From contig NC_135670.1 in NCBI RefSeq assembly GCF_964188315.1, forward strand, positions 38,068,001 to 38,132,000: DNA of 64,000 bases, written 5' to 3'. The notes under the pieces were generated by a model. That model ran no database searches, was not told the DNA's origin, and saw only the letters and a list, made by a program, of their open reading frames with translations. A program made the position numbers and the translations under genes. This DNA comes from Podarcis muralis (taxonomy: Eukaryota). Shown piece after piece: positions 12,923-38,336 of this stretch; positions within the stretch are counted from its first letter, which is position 1, and every line of letters begins with the position of its first letter.

Positions 12923-12963
<41 letters not shown>

Positions 12964-13485
12964 TGTTAATTTTTAGAACACTGTTTTGAACAAAAAAACT
13001 ATTAATTTTAAAAAACTGTTAACAATTACACAGGCAGAAGATGGCAAAGGCACTCAGTAAACTTGGCATTCCTGTGACCATCATCCTGGATGCTGCCGTT
13101 GGGTAAGTCTGTGTGGCTGGTGCTGCAGCTGGGCTTTGGAAAGGCAGCTGGACATAGTGACCTGCTGTGAGGGCTGCATTGGAAGAGGACCGGCTGCATC
13201 CTGGTGTTTAAAGGGCTGGTTCTTGCACTGGTAAGCCAAGGTTGTTGGCCATAGCGCAGTGCGAGAGCGTTTGCCTTGGGTGCAGAAGGTCCAAGGTTCA
13301 GTCCCCAGAGATTCCAGGTGGGGGTTGGAGAGCTGCTGCCAGCCTGTGTAGACAGTACTGGGCTAGATGGACCACTGGTGGGACTCGCTATAAGGCAGCT
13401 TCCTGTGTCCCCCTCCTTTCTCTTTGGCTGTTTCATGGCTAGTCTTGTGTTTCTCTCCCAAGTGTAAAACAAGTGGCAAGGGGAA

Positions 13486-13539
<54 letters not shown>

Positions 13540-16500
13540 TTTTATTTATATCCCGCCCTCCCCAGCCGAAGCCGGGCTCAGGGCGGCTAACAACAAAATA
13601 GTACAACATACCAAAATCATTCATTACAAAATTAACTCAAATCAAACCAATGGCAGCCACTGGGCCAGAGCTCCACGAAGATTGCCGAAGGAGGGGGTCA
13701 GGCTGCGCCCTGGCCAAAGGCCTGGTGGAACATCTCTGTCTTGCAGGCCCTGCGGAAAGATGTCAAGTCCCACAGGGCCCTAGTCTCTTGTGGCAGAGCG
13801 TTCCACCAGATCGGGGCCACAGCCGAAAAAGCCCTGGCTCTAGTTGAGGCCAGCCTAACTCCTCTGTGGCCTGGGACCTTCAAGATGTTTTTATTTGAAG
13901 ACCATAAGTTCCTCTGTGGGACATACCAGGAGAGGCGGTCCCGTAGGTACAAGCGTCCTAGGCTATATAGGGCTTTAAAGGTTAAAACCAGCACCTTAAA
14001 CCTGATCCTGTACTCCACCGGGAGCCAGTGCAGCTGGTATAGCACCGGGTGAATGTGATCTCGCAGCGAGGACCCCGTAAGGTATAGCTGAAAGCGTAAC
14101 AGGAGTGGGCTCTGTGCATCACACTGGCCCCACCCCAAATAACTCCTTGGATGGAACAGGAATTGAGTTGTTTTTATTCCTTCTGAACAGCTACATCATG
14201 GAGAAAGTGGACCTGGTGATAGTTGGCGCTGAAGGAGTGGTAGAAAATGGAGGAATTATTAACAAGGTAAAGTGTGCGTCTGCCCAGGTTTTTTGTGGCT
14301 CCCTAAATAGTTGTTTTTCCAGAGCTGTCCTGCTGGATCTGAACCAAAGTCCCGTCTTCTCCAGCGTCCTGCTTTCTTCCATTGGTTAGCCAGATTATTT
14401 AAGGAAGAAGCTCGGGAGCAGCAGAAGAAAGTGCTTGTCGTTCCCTAGTTTTTTTCCCTCCAACACACACGAAAAAAGACTTTAAAAATCCTAGTCAGCT
14501 TTCCTTTGTAAAAACTTGCTTGATTCCATTCCCTCTCTTTCTTCCCAACTGTCCCAAATAAATGTTAGAATTCTGCAGCCTGTATATATTGTTCAAAATA
14601 AACAAGCAGCATTGCCTATTTACTTATATGGGGCATAATTGTATATAATTTATTCTAATTTTGCTAGTCAAGGGGAGCAGCATAAAACTACATAGAGTGG
14701 AAGTGTTGACCAGTGGAAAACTTGTTTAGCTGCTCCTCTGTCATCTGAGCAGAAACTGTGTATGTTCCTTATGAGTGGAAACTGCGTTCTTTACAACCAT
14801 AAGGGCCAGAAAATAAAATAGAATAGAAAGCTAGAATGTGGACCCACACGCCCATGTACATATGAATGTTCTGGCTTCTGTGGAATCCTATCATACATGC
14901 ATAGTATAAGGCTTGCTTATATGTGAGTGTAATGGGGATTAGGGTTGCTTGTGCGTAAATTCCAAACTGCTCCGAGCTGGTAGTCTAGCTCAGTGTTTCC
15001 CAACCGGTGTTCCGCGGCACACGAGTGTGCCGCGGAACGTTGCCTTGTGTTCCGTGGGAGGGAGGCGGGGGGCGGGGCGGCGGCGGGCGCGCGCGGGGCG
15101 GCGGGCGGGCTCCCTCCCGCATCCCATCGCCGCTCGCTTCGGCCGGCCTACTGGAGCGAGCGGCGATGGGATGTGGGGGGGGGCTCGCTCGCCGCCCCGC
15201 GTGTGCGCGCCGCCGCGCCCCGCCTCTTGCCGCCCGAGTCCCCGCCTCCCTCCCACGGCACACCAGCCTACCTCCGTGTGCCTTTGCCCAAAAAAGGTTG
15301 GGAAACACTGGTCTAGCTGGACCTTTCCCCGGTTTTGACAGCCATAAAACGCGGCTGTCTCAATCACTGGCAGAATCCGTCAGTGGGCGTTTCCTAAACT
15401 TCCTCCAACATAAGAATTCCTTAACAGACAACCTCCTCCTCGCCTCTCTGCGCAGAAGCCTTCTGCGCAGAGTGGGCGTGCCAAGCGGTGGTCCTGCACT
15501 CACCTCACTGGAAGAGTCTCGGAGCCTCCCCTCCAAAGTACTCTCAGCCTCTCCTTTCTTCCTGGTGTCACCTTGGCTTCCTTCCCCAGCGGAAGCTCTC
15601 TCTCTCTCCTTGCTGGTTCCCTCTCCGGCATCATGAGGGAGCCTAACCTCTCCACTCAGCTCCGATGTCAGTTCCCTGACAGTGAGCATACCCTTTTTCT
15701 CAAAGGTTTTGAGACCTGAATCAAGGGAGTTGCTTATTTTTCTTGCAGGTATAATACAGGATACAGTTAAGCGCTTTGAAGTTCCACTGATTTTCAGTGA
15801 GAGAGGGAAACATGTACTTTATAGCACAAACCTAGGCATGTCAACTCAGGAGGAAATCCCTTTACTTCACAGTAGCTTAGTAGGTATAAAATTGTAGCTT
15901 ACTTACATGGGAACCTGATTAAACTCAATGGGGTTTTCTTCTGAGTAGACATGTATATAGGACTGCACTCTAAATGTCTCCAACAAGACTTCACTGTGCT
16001 CGGCTTTGACAGAATCTTACGTTTGGGGTTTCTTTTGTTCTTTTGTATCATAAAGCAAGGGCTGTTTGGTTCCTCATCATAACCTGAGAACATTTCTCTC
16101 TCCCCCCCCCCCATGGCCTTTTCAGATTGGCACAAATCAAATGGCTGTGTGCGCCAAAGCTCAGAACAAGCCCTTCTACGTGGTGGCAGAGAGCTTCAAG
16201 TTTGTGAGACTCTTCCCTCTGAACCAACAGGATGTCCCAGATAAATTTAAGGTAAAGGAAAACTAACTTTGCTTCCTGGTTATCTGCATTCAAAACTCTG
16301 TAGCCTGCAATGGGGTGGAAACCTCTGAGGAATTTAATGTCCGATCTTGGTACAGTGGTGCCTCACAAGACGAAATTAATCCGTTCCGCGAGTCTCTTCG
16401 TCTTGTGGTTTTTTCGTCTTGCGAAGCAACCCTATTAGCGGCTTAGCGGCTATTAATGCCTTTAAGAAAAAGGAAACAAACTCGCAAGAACTCGCAAGCA

Positions 16501-17697
16501 AGCCCATAGGGAAATTCGTCTTGCGGAACGACTCAAAAAACGGAAAACCCTTTCGTCTAGCGAGTTTTTCGTCTTGTGAGGCATTCGTCTTGTGGGGCAC
16601 CACTGTAGTAAACCAGTATAAGGGGCAGCCATCCAGGGATTTGGGGCACTGAGGTGCATTTGTCGCCTTCACTATCAACTTCCAGAATGAATTTGAAAAC
16701 ATTAATGTTTACTCAGGCACTTAGGGACTGAAGAATCCTGTTCCTGGCAACCCTGAAGGTGTCAGATGTTGTTTTTAATTGTCTCTGCTTTTAGATGTTT
16801 TTAATCGTAATAGTTTTTCTAATGTTTTAGATGCTTTGTTTTTGAATTGTGGGTGGGTGTGCCACCCTGGACTAATTCAGGAGGAAGGGCAGGATGTGCA
16901 TTCAATGGAGAAATAAATGGTGGGTGGGTGACACCCAATTCTTGTTTCTCCATGGCATCTGAATTGGGTGAAGCTGTGCAAGACTTGCCTATTTGTGGCA
17001 GTTTTTTTGAGGAGCCACTGATTTTTGCCACTATTAATAATTTTAATTCAGTGATTGGTGTTACATGTTTCTAATAGATTTACCTGTTTCATATCTCTTT
17101 ATCTGTTTGCTTTTTTGTAAACTGCCCTGTAACTTGTGGAAAGGGCAATATATAAGTTATCAACTAAGCAAAACCCCACCTCTTATTATAACCAATACTG
17201 TAGCTCGAGCTGTGGAGAGTTCTTTCAGCTATTTATTTCAAGCACTTTCCCCCACATTCTTCCGCCAAAATAGGCTCCCAGAGTAGCATACAAATGCTTA
17301 CCAGTCCCTGCCCTCATGCTTACAATCTAAAAGAATGACATAAAAGGAAAAGGGTTTGTGGGAAGCAGAAGGAAATCAAGCTCAGGCGTTAGATCTTAGT
17401 GACCACAAGTTCCTCAGGTCGCAATTCAGCAAGAGACAGAGCTGGATCCAAGCACAGGGGAAGGGGCTGCTTCATCCTCTTCCACTCATGGTGTTGACAG
17501 CAGTGAGCTAGATGGGTCTGACTTGGTGTAAGGTAGCTTCCCATTGTCCGCCTGCGTTCAGACTATGCAGCCTGGGCATATGTGTGTTGAATGTTACACA
17601 TGTACAGAATACTGTAACAGGACCCAAACCAATGGAGTCAAATGGGAAGGACCACGCTGTTAGACAGTGGAACAGGCTGCCTCAGTCTGAATCAGAC

Positions 17698-17738
<41 letters not shown>

Positions 17739-18455
17739 TTATACCTCGCCCTCCCCAGCCAAGGCCGGGCTCAGGGCAGCTACCAAGCAATAATAAAAAC
17801 AAGCTGAAGGAATACAACTTAAAAACAAGATTAAAATACAACATTGAAATATTGAAATATTAAAATGCAGCCTCATCACAGGAGGAGAAAGGAAAAAGAA
17901 AGAGGGGGTGGGGAATCAAATCAAATACTAATCCTTCTGTCTTAGTATTGTCTGCAAAACTGTGATCCCGAGTTGCAGGCAGGCAACACTCTCAGCCAGG
18001 AAATGAACCTGGGACCTTCTGCACGCGAAGCCAACGCTCTGCCCCCAAGCTGCCTCCCTTCCCTGCAAGGTGTGGCACTCTTGTTCATTAGAGCTTCTGA
18101 AGCAGGCGCTGGGTGCCTGCCTATTAGGGACGCTGTAGTAGCCAGCTTTTCTGAGTGGGCAGGTGATTAGACCAGATTACCTTTAGGTGCCTCTCAGCTC
18201 TGTGATCCTGTGCTCTAAGTCATGCTGCCAAACCTGGGTGGAAAAAGTGTCCTTTCACAGAAAATGATAACTCACCACTTTTTCTTATTTCTTCCCCAGT
18301 ACAAAGCTGACACGCTGAATCAGCGGAAAGCACTTACAGAGGAGCATCCCTGGATCGATTATACCTCCCCATCTTTGATCACTCTGCTCTTTACAGACCT
18401 TGGGGTCCTGACCCCCTCTGCTGTTAGCGATGAACTGATTAAACTCTACTTGTAA
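2941..18455 (+). CDS. EIF2B1: Translation initiation factor eIF2B subunit alpha, complete, 9 exons, 302 aa
   Basis: join(2941..2953,4355..4456,5351..5487,7110..7226,8219..8331,13034..13102,14191..14266,16126..16251,18300..18455)=909 nt, open frame; MNEAELVEAF...[15 protein letters not shown]...[14 protein letters not shown]...[22 protein letters not shown]...[15 protein letters not shown]. Introns 2 and 5 have GC donors. Confidence 0.97.
3306..3829 (-). mobile_element. 5'-truncated non-LTR retrotransposon (RTE-X-like C-terminal Cys/His motif)
   Basis: GRY...RTCHC...[17 protein letters not shown]; AATAAAAGGTT(GAT)n tail; exact 16-bp TSD GACTCCGCTGTTATCA at 3290..3305 and 3830..3845. Clade name is by motif memory. 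Confidence 0.75.
5600..5995 (+). mobile_element. Older L2 3' fragment
   Basis: ...TTGTGGAATGCACTCCC...GTAAACTGCCCTG...TAAATAAATA tail; boundaries approximate. Confidence 0.65.
6366..6728 (-). mobile_element. Sauria SINE, full length
   Basis: 5' GGGACGCTGGTGGCGCTGTGG, B-box GGTTCGAATCC, (ACCTTT)n tail; TSD GGCTCAGTAGCTT at 6353..6365 and 6733..6745. Confidence 0.9.
7372..7835 (-). mobile_element. CR1 3' fragment split by the Tc2-type MITE
   Basis: CR1-like sequence on both sides of 7462..7710. Confidence 0.6.
7462..7710 (+). mobile_element. Tc2/pogo-type MITE nested in a CR1 fragment
   Basis: TIR CCGTATTTTT(C/T)GCTCTATAAGAC, TA flanks. Confidence 0.8.
9450..9913 (-). repeat. Downstream pseudo-LTR of the Penelope-like element
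   Basis: Direct repeat of 12409..12872 at offset 2959. Confidence 0.95.
9533..9572 (-). ncRNA. Minimal type I hammerhead ribozyme motif (pLTR copy 1)
   Basis: minus: ccagc CTGAAGA t GACGAG tgagac CTCGTC GAAA C GTC/ gc; 6-bp helix II, palindromic loopless helix III (ACGT), helix I only 2 contiguous bp. Confidence 0.75.
9552..12521 (-). CDS. Penelope-like element polyprotein: N-terminal domain, reverse transcriptase, GIY-YIG endonuclease (989 aa)
   Basis: RT motifs [46 protein letters not shown]; endonuclease [18 protein letters not shown]; no four-Cys Neptune linker seen; no stops or frameshifts. Confidence 0.95.
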   Translation of the reverse strand: MTSETSSKRRLDTPTFTREDTRGHQNLHSCTRENLRKQISHLYGEETFQLTRTYEKLEIRRATILCDLLFLRNCRDNNLIPTCFQLKFHSKTPATERILKRTELSLIRNELHRKRYLLNQTNKDLLTLHLKLCNKIHPALWDKCKQLAVWRAETETSRKTDTHTNKLHKLEKRQKPSHPPQQPMKQTVHNISDRILTSTETKVLSKGFNFAVAPRRIPTENIICGVEASLTKINPDEANKIRLEVTNILCSSKPPRSNLHKEEQKALTDLRKDNNITILPADKGNATVVMNTSDYQAKLSNLLQDPTYQPIKTDPTTYLEKTTKSKIKASPISEEIQLRIIPREKSSRCPKLYGLPKIHKEGTPLRPIVSSIGSPLQNLAKFLAKQLQPYAESISSHVPNSFQFIETIKKQNLHPNDLLVSFDVVSLFTQVPINEALIAIQNKYNPPEYILDLTKHCLTNTYFIHNGQRYKQIEGAPMGSPLSPVIANLYMEHFETNALDKSEHKPKLWLRYVDDTFVIWPHGKEKLDSFLTHLNSLHPKIQFTMEIEANNQLPFLDVLIYKKPDGSLGHTIYRKKTHTNRYLHAQSHHHPAQINSVAKTLISRTKRLADQNHLTTELQNLSNVLIANGYQQNRVTKLIQKETPPKNQDTEENNGMALLPYIKGTTDKISKILHKHNIKTAFCTNQKIANILRNPKDKIQLENQGVYEIPCKVCPATYIGQTNRRINARIAEHKNAVKKEEKTSSLFQHMKETGHEINFADSKLLVNMEHHHKRIIMEAIEIEKHPHNMNKRDDTSRLPDIWKLALPTKTDTRARGTQNAIPNQPHQTQTQTLSTDELQIPSSSQTMVAPPDAAPPCNPYTDLAGTDHKTTARPYTRSQARAQQNAVQPSSQKNSSQSSRGQDTKALATNPHLMTHLSGTQDTTQEITQDIPQVIKKQKKKRHTSLGTSSLPKNIRGHTSSTVFIGTQTLRSCSVPVTRSRKHQPEDDE
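12409..12872 (-). repeat. Upstream pseudo-LTR of the Penelope-like element
   Basis: Direct repeat of 9450..9913 at offset 2959. Confidence 0.95.
12492..12531 (-). ncRNA. Minimal type I hammerhead ribozyme motif (pLTR copy 2)
   Basis: Identical to 9533..9572; contains the ORF ATG (12521..12519). Confidence 0.75.
13248..13420 (+). mobile_element. Old tRNA-derived SINE
   Basis: A/B-box-like head and GATGGACCA..TATAAGGCAGCTTCCT end; degenerate relatives near 23115, 31730, 62440. Confidence 0.5.
13488..14078 (-). mobile_element. L2 LINE 3' fragment with (ATT)n tail
   Basis: ORF 13698..14138(-) [30 protein letters not shown]; possible AAGGTA TSD; short tail relative at 17697..17790. Confidence 0.88.
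14991..15310. mobile_element. hAT (Charlie-like) MITE with GC-rich interior
   Basis: TIR CAGTGTTTCCCAACC; exact 8-bp TSD GTCTAGCT at 14983..14990 and 15311..15318. Confidence 0.88.
15336..15681 (-). mobile_element. Possible solo LTR (Gypsy-like)
   Basis: 346 bp, TG...CA termini (TGTCAG...CTGTCA on minus); no TSD found. Confidence 0.3.
16353..16605 (+). mobile_element. Tc1/mariner-type MITE family A
   Basis: Copy of 92..388 with TA flanks. Confidence 0.85.
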
Positions 18456-18960
18456 AACTGTCCACATCTGGCGTGCCTAAGGGTGATTATGTTTCTCTAC
18501 CAGCCTGTTCAAAAGGTAAACCCTGTAAGTAAGAAGATTGCTGGTGATGAATCATTGGGTGGCTCAAGTTGAAGAACCAAGTCTCTTAAATGGGTTGCAT
18601 GCAGAGCCCACAATGCAGCTTGGAAAGTTAAATTGTCAGGAACAAATTCACAGATGGTTCAGATATGTTAGATTTTATTTGTAATTCAGTTTATTACCGA
18701 CCCTTCACCGTAGGTCTTCTGTTCTGGACCATTATTGAGGATTACACACACATGAAGGTAGTGGGTGGATGGAAGGACCCTGAGTAGGGAAGACCACCCA
18801 GGGGGAGAGGCTGGGAGAAGAAAGGAAAGCTGGGTGGGTCCACCACTTTCTGTGTGAGACAAAACGCTAAGAGCTGCCTTTAAGAGAGGAATTCACATTT
18901 TCTTTCTCTGTTTTTATTTAGATTCGTTTCTTTTATCTTACTGTATTATGACAAAGCTTT

Positions 18961-18966
18961 AATAAA
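18961..18966 (+). promoter_or_regulatory. Candidate polyadenylation signal of EIF2B1
   Basis: AATAAA ~505 nt after the stop codon; use not demonstrable from sequence. Confidence 0.4.
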
Positions 18967-19773
18967 ATACTATTTTAAAAAAAAATACTAAAATTAAATA
19001 TATTTTTAAAAATATATCTTTTAAGAAGGCAGGCTTAAGATGATGGAGAACAGTTGGTGGCTGATGATTCGACCTCAATTCTCTTAGATAAGAGAAGCCA
19101 GACTTTTCAGAAGGAATGACACAAAATGTTTAAAGCAGGCAGCTAGGGAGTGACTACTTACAGTCAATCCCTCAGGCCAGGTAGGCGTGGAAGGCAGAAT
19201 CCTGCTCCCTTCTTCCTACAAGGAGCTCAGAGTTGGATACATGATCTCCCCTTGTTAGCCTCATCACAGTCCAACAAAGTAGGTTAGGTTGCAACACCGC
19301 CCTGAAACCTCCAGGCATAGGGTGGTATATAAATTCAAAAGATAAATAAAAATAAATAAACACAGCAACTGGGACAAGGTTACCCAGCAAGAATGTGCCA
19401 CTGGCTTTGTAGAATGCAACTTATTGCAAGACATGGGTGGGAGGAAAAATCTGGGAACCTTTGAAACATGATGCTCAAAATCTTAACAGCAAAGTGGTCC
19501 TTACTCGTAGCTTCCTGGCAAAGCCCACACTTTGCCAAGCTGAATCCTTGGCATTTCCTGTTAAAAGAATCTCCTGTAGCAGGTCATCAACAGTCTGACT
19601 CAGTAGGCGGTGGCTTCAGGTTGTCCTGACTGAAAGCTGTGCTGGCTGGGGCTCATGAGAGCTGAAGCCCAAATCATCTGCAGAGCTCCAAGTTGAACAA
19701 GGCTGCTGTAACATAAGGCCCCAACAACAAAAATATCAAGAGTGAAATGGCATTTGGTATGTGTATATACAGT

Positions 19774-19779
19774 TTTATT
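19774..19779 (-). promoter_or_regulatory. Candidate proximal polyadenylation signal of DDX55
   Basis: TTTATT on plus (AATAAA on minus) ~40 nt after the stop codon. Confidence 0.4.
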
Positions 19780-19817
19780 TGTATCAAAAAGGAGAGTTCA
19801 GCTCAACATTTCACCCT

Positions 19818-35370
<15,553 letters not shown>

Positions 35371-35679
35371 GCTCCCGGGCGCGCAGCTCCCCCGTCCCCG
35401 CGGCGGCCAATCCGCGTCCGCCCTTCCTGCGGTCCCCCACGGGGCAGGCGTCCTCCGCCCTAAGCGGCCGTTCCGGGAAACAGAACTGCGGGACTTTAGT
35501 TCCGCCTCAGCGCTGAGCGGCGCGGGGCGCAGGCGACTCCCTTGCGAGAACAGCTTCGCGGGATCACAGTTTGTTTCCTTTAAAATGCTGCTGAGTTACC
35601 CATTCCTGCCAAACTCTGGAATCCGCAGCTCAGGGTCAACAGACACGGGTGTCAGCAGTGGGATACGAACCCTGCTTCC

Positions 35680-36300
35680 ATTCAGAGACCAGAACAGAGC
35701 CAGAAGAAGTACGAATGGCTGTGAAAAGACCAAAAAGTTTTGGAGGAAAGTTCATTTCGAAATGGAAAAATGTAAAAAAACAACAACTAAATTTGCATTG
35801 GACCCCAAAACTATGTCATTGGGAATGACTCCTTCAGCTACTGTATTGTGAAATCGTCAGTGGAACTATTTAGTTATATGACCACAGCAGTCAGAGTGGT
35901 GTTGGCTAACATATGTCCTGGCATAGATGCATGGAAAGAGAAACTATCAGAATATGCAGTAATGGCAACACCCGCGAATTTAGTAAATGATTGACTCATG
36001 GCAGAACATTAAAAAACTTGGAATCTTTGTAATTTGTATACAACTTAACAGAACTGTAACAAAATGAACATTTGTATGGATTTGTATAATAGACTTAGGT
36101 TACAAAAATATTTCCTGTTTAAAAATAGAAGCTTTGTGTGTATATGATAAAGAAAGAAATATATAGTAGAAGAAATCTTGTCTGTCTGATCTAGAAATGA
36201 AATCATATTTTAAAATAATTTTTGCTTTAGATTTTTATAATCATATATGATATTTCTCCAATAGCAAACTACCTAGAATTGGAAATAATATTTAGTATAC
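35680..36300 (+). mobile_element. Decayed L1 3' fragment
   Basis: Frameshifted remnants resembling squamate L1 ORF2 end (FW....EM.K...LF.YMTTA.R...WKEK..EYA.MA) plus AT-rich 3'UTR; boundaries approximate. Confidence 0.55.
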
Positions 36301-36983
36301 TAACCTTTGTTTAACTCTTGATAAATGTCAGCTTGCTGAGTTATTTTGTACCATTGTGATATTTGCCAGCAGGCAAACCCAGCAATACAGAGTTTTGCTG
36401 CTTAGCAAGAGATCTGGGGAAGTTGCTCCCGTTCTTCACTGTGATAAGATTACACACTGAGTACTCGCCTCCTGTTTACTGTGCAAGCAATTCAGCCAAG
36501 CCATAGCATGAGTTCCTGCCAGCCATCTCATCCTAGGTCACCTCCGATGCAGCATCAGGCAGGTGAAGTCACTAACATCCATGAAAAAATATACCTAAGG
36601 TGAATTCTGGGACTCCAGAATCCACAGATACCTGCAGAGTCTCTAGCTCAGGTGTGGGGAACCTCTAGCCCTCCAGATGTTGCTGCACTCCTGCTTGCTG
36701 GAGTTGACAGGAGTTGCAGTCTAGCAAGAGCTGGGGTGGCCAAAGATTCCCCACATCTCACCAGAGGAAAAGGATTCTGCATATGCTCAGGAGCACATTT
36801 GCCCTGCGGTCTTTGAAATGCTACATCCCCCTTGGAGGTCAAGGATTTCTGTGCATGCTCCAGGACACTCAGCCAAGGTGCCAGAATTTTGGTCAGCCCA
36901 AAGGTAGCTGCTGCACTCTTTAGACACAACGTCTGCTGAAATTGCTGATAAATTTGCGCTGGCTTCCTTGCCCTTTGAGACTA

Positions 36984-37235
36984 CAGTGGTACCTTGCAAG
37001 ACGAATGCCTCGCAAGACGAAAAACTTGCAAGACGAAAGGGTTTTTGGTTTTTTGAGTTGCTTCGCAAGATGAATTTCCCTATGGGCTTGCTTCGCAAGA
37101 CGAAAACGTCTTGCAAGTTTGTTTCCTTTTTCTTAAAACCGTTAATACCCAGGGTGCATTGCTTCGCAAGACAAAAAATTCACAAGACGAAAAAACTCGC
37201 AGAACGAATTAATTTCGTCTTGCGAGGCACCACTG
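36984..37235 (-). mobile_element. Tc1/mariner-type MITE family A
   Basis: Reverse copy of 92..388 with TA flanks. Confidence 0.85.
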
Positions 37236-38084
37236 TATCTGAGGTGGGGACTGGAACAGGCCTGCCTTTGAGGACTTGTTAATTTATTTTAGCACTCCTT
37301 TGGAAACAAGCAGGTATGTGCTTTTTGCAGTCGACTGGGCATATTTCCAAATGTGCATTCCGCAGAAAAACAACAAACTGTGAAGCATTCATGTGCCCCA
37401 TGTGCCCATGGCTCTGGAATTCATGTGCTCCCATGCCAGAGAGGTTTTATAAGCGAATTTGATGGTTCCTTTCCCCACTTAGGCCAGACAGGTCCCCCAC
37501 GCGCCTGCCTTTAATGTTATGTCCCACCATTAAACTTGCATGCACCATGAAATGTGCCACCCACATGGAAAGAGCAGGCTGCATTTACCCTTTTCTCTCC
37601 CGATTTGAGTTCCACCTGAAAATTATGTGGCAGAAGTTACAAATGCTTGCAAATCCATGCCCCTGCTTAATTCACAGAATGCGGAAGGAAGGGTAGTGAT
37701 ATCCGTAAGCCCCCCAGCCCCACAGCAAACAGAAAAAGAGAGCCACCAAGCACCTTAGAAACAAATGGATTGATCGTGGCAGATAGGAGGGGGGGATCTT
37801 TCTGTGGACGACATGGGCAGGCTGTAAGTAGCATCGCTTTCTCTTCTTCTCATTTGTGTCACAAACTGGGAGGTTTTTCTGGTGGAAACCTGAGTATCAG
37901 GTTTGTCCCTGTCCCACCCTTGACCTCCACCTTACATTAAGTAAAACAAAGGAAAATATATACATGTTCCTGTTTCCCAGCCAAGTGTAAAAGAAAGGGT
38001 ATAGAAAATGAAATGATTGTTGCCTTTTCATTGTTTAAGGATGTTTTGTTAAGACTTTTGATTCAACACACTTATTTCAATATA

Positions 38085-38336
38085 CAGTTGTACCTTGGTT
38101 TTCGAATTTAATCCGTTCCAGAAGTCTGTTCTTAAACCAAAGCATTCTTAAACCAAGAAGTGCCTTCCCATAGCAGCAGGGGACTCAATTTACAAATGGA
38201 ACACACTCAACGGGAAGCGAAACATGTTCTGCATGCAAGGCAAAGTTCACAAACCAAAACACCTACTTCCGGGTTTGCAGCGTTCTTAATCCAAGTTGTT
38301 CATAAACAAAGCTGTTCTTAAACCAAGGTCCCACTA
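38085..38336. mobile_element. Tc1/mariner-type MITE family C
   Basis: Degenerate CAG(T)GTACCTTGGTT...AACCAAGGTCCCACT termini; partial relatives near 27800 and 38461. Confidence 0.65.

Larger units (their letters stand above)
9450..12927 (-). mobile_element. Intact Penelope-like element (Penelope/Poseidon-type) in EIF2B1 intron 5, antisense to host
   Basis: Direct repeats 9450..9913 and 12409..12872 (464 bp, no difference seen by eye), 56-bp inverted segment 12872..12927, (TA)n on both flanks, uninterrupted RT+GIY-YIG ORF. Confidence 0.95.

Noticed and set aside
13424-13783. Poly-Ile/Tyr/Asn and ERK-repeat ORFs
   Set aside because: Translations of (AAT)n LINE tails and (TTTC)n microsatellites.
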